Below are positions 62,249 through 64,000 of a stretch of 64,000 bases of DNA, in pieces. The stretch covers positions 60,616,284 through 60,680,283 of the forward strand of contig JARDVH010000163.1 in the NCBI GenBank assembly GCA_030324005.1. The letters are read 5' to 3'. A program made the position numbers and the translations under genes. This DNA is from Negaprion brevirostris (Eukaryota). A model generated the notes under the pieces. It searched no databases. It was given only the letters and a program-made list of their open reading frames with translations, and had not been told where the DNA came from. Each line of letters opens with the position of its first letter. Within the stretch, counting starts at the first letter, position 1.

Positions 62249-63750
62249 AGGCAGCAGCTTCAACCCCAGCTTTCAGCACTGCCTCCCTGGAGACCCCAGG
62301 TCATTGAGGAAAGACAGGAGGTCTTCTTTCCAAAGGATGGCCACAAGAGGCATTCATATCTGCCCATCGTGCCTGAGGAAATATCACTGGATGACCTGAG
62401 CCCATGCGCTTCAAAGGAGGACAACCCTGCAGTGCAGGAAGCAGATCAATGATCTTTCTCATTCCACAATGGTAAGTGAACAATTCAACTTCCTCTAAAC
62501 TCACCCTTGTACCAAATTTTTGGCATTCTGTGATGGGACATGCATTACTGGCTAGGCCAGCATTTTATTGTCCATCCTTAGCTTCCTCTGAGAAGTTGGT
62601 GGTGAGTTGCCTTCTTGAACTACTGCAGTCCATTTTATGTAGGTGCACCCAAAGTGCCAGGAGTTTGACCCAGCATTAATGGTGGGACAGCCATGTAGTA
62701 CTAAGTTGGATGGTGTGTGGTTTTGTGGGGAACTTACAGAAAGCAGTGTTCTCATGCACCTCTGCCTTTGTCCTTCTCGGTGGTAGTGGATGTGGGTTTG
62801 GAAGGTGTTATTGAAGGAACCTTGCTGAGTTTCTATTGAGGATCTTGTAGATGATACACAAAGCTGCCACCATGTATCACTGTTTGAGGGAGTGAATGTA
62901 GAAGTTGGTGAATGGGATGCCAACCAATAGAGCTACTTTTTTCCTGGGTGGCGTTGAGCTTCTTCAGTGTTCTTGGAACAGCACTCATCTAGGCAAGTAG
63001 AGAGTATTCCCTCACATTCCTGGCCTATATCTTATAGATGGTGCCTAGGCTTTTGGGAGTCTGGCGGTGAGTAAGTAGCCACAGAAATCTCAGTTATCAA
63101 GGTAATTGCTGAGTGTCAAATTTGAGCCACCCTAGCCAGTCACATCATCTTTCCTCTCTCCATTCTAGGTGTCAGCAGAGGGTGAGACCAGCCCTCACAC
63201 TGAAGTCAGCCTCAACTTGCAGAAAGCCTCAGAAGAAGTCCAGGGTGACTTCTCACCTGTAGAGCCATTAGAGCATTCACCTGCACCCGCCACCAGCACA
63301 GAAACACACACCTCAGTGGTTCATAGAACTAGTTTAGGCTTATGCTCGCATTCTTGAGGTCACTGCACATGTCCACAGCAGGAGGAGGCAGTGACAGCCA
63401 AAGTCTCTGGCACTCAGAGGACAGTGAATAAGAGGCCTTTACTAAGTCTGTGTCAGGTGATGAGCCTTTGGAAGTGGTCATGAAGAGGATTCTGGAGTCT
63501 CGTGAGATGCAGAGGAGCATCAGTCAGGTGTTCATCCACATGATCTTTGACATAGTGGCTTCAAAATGTAAATGCATCAAAGTCTCCATGGAGAATACAG
63601 CAGACACCATGGGGAACTTGGTCCAGCAGAATGCCCAGTTTCTGCCAGAGTTGTGCTCCAATCTCCACTCCATCACAGTAGCCATAGATGAGCTTTTGCG
63701 GTGGTTACACATGAGGGGACGGGGCATTTTGACCTTCCTCTGGGTGGCCC
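62249..63750 (+). mobile_element. Degenerate Harbinger-type Myb/SANT ORF in two exon-like pieces, with a LINE fragment (62520-63090, minus) between them
   Basis: 62249-62471 resembles P.FS..SLE..V.ER.EV.FP.DG.+R...RT..QCRK..NDL and ends at a gtaagt donor; a second piece follows the tctag acceptor at 63168; frameshifts and stops present. Confidence 0.5.
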
Positions 63751-63757
63751 TGCTTCT

Positions 63758-64000
63758 AAAGTTAAACTTTATTTATTAGTTTCACAAGTAGGCTTACATT
63801 AACACTGCAATGAAGTTACTGTGAAAATCCCTGGGTCACCAAACTCTGGCACCTGTTCAGGTACACTGAGGGAGAATTTAGCATGGCCAATGCACCTAAC
63901 CAGCACCCAGAGGAAACTGAAGCACCCTGAGAAAACCCATGGAGACATGGAGAAATGTATGAACTCTGCACGAACAATAATCCAAGCCGGGGATTGAACC
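63758..64000 (-). mobile_element. V-SINE (HE1-like), cut by the window edge
   Basis: Same subfamily as 6461-6758. Confidence 0.82.

Noticed and set aside
1-64000. CRISPR arrays, operons or other prokaryotic systems
   Set aside because: None seen; the window is intron-rich vertebrate DNA.

Overview
Eukaryotic genomic DNA from a gapped draft assembly, almost certainly a cartilaginous fish (shark-type V-SINEs, Deu-SINEs, CR1 and Penelope repeats). I reconstructed two visual arrestin (SAG-type) genes by hand; they lie tail-to-tail with stop codons about 9.2 kb apart. Copy A (+) has 9 coding exons at 119-24052 and its 5' part lies left of the window. Copy B (-) has 13 coding exons at 60957-33286 and its first exons lie right of the window. 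All exons have GT-AG ends and phase-compatible junctions, including 10-nt and 7-nt micro-exons. The copies have diverged at regulatory residues. Copy A replaces the C-tail motif (I/F)VFE(D/E)FAR with IAIEDEAD, so the polar-core Arg becomes Asp. Copy B keeps that Arg but loses a phosphate-binding Arg. One intron of copy B holds a decayed class I endogenous retrovirus (two LTRs, exact tRNA-Gln PBS, pol and env remnants, PPT) disrupted by a ~390-bp inverted duplication. Several Penelope-like elements carry minimal hammerhead-ribozyme cores. Most ORFs in the supplied track are spurious or repeat-derived. Identity percentages are by-eye estimates, and residue numbers and exon sizes of reference arrestins are from memory.
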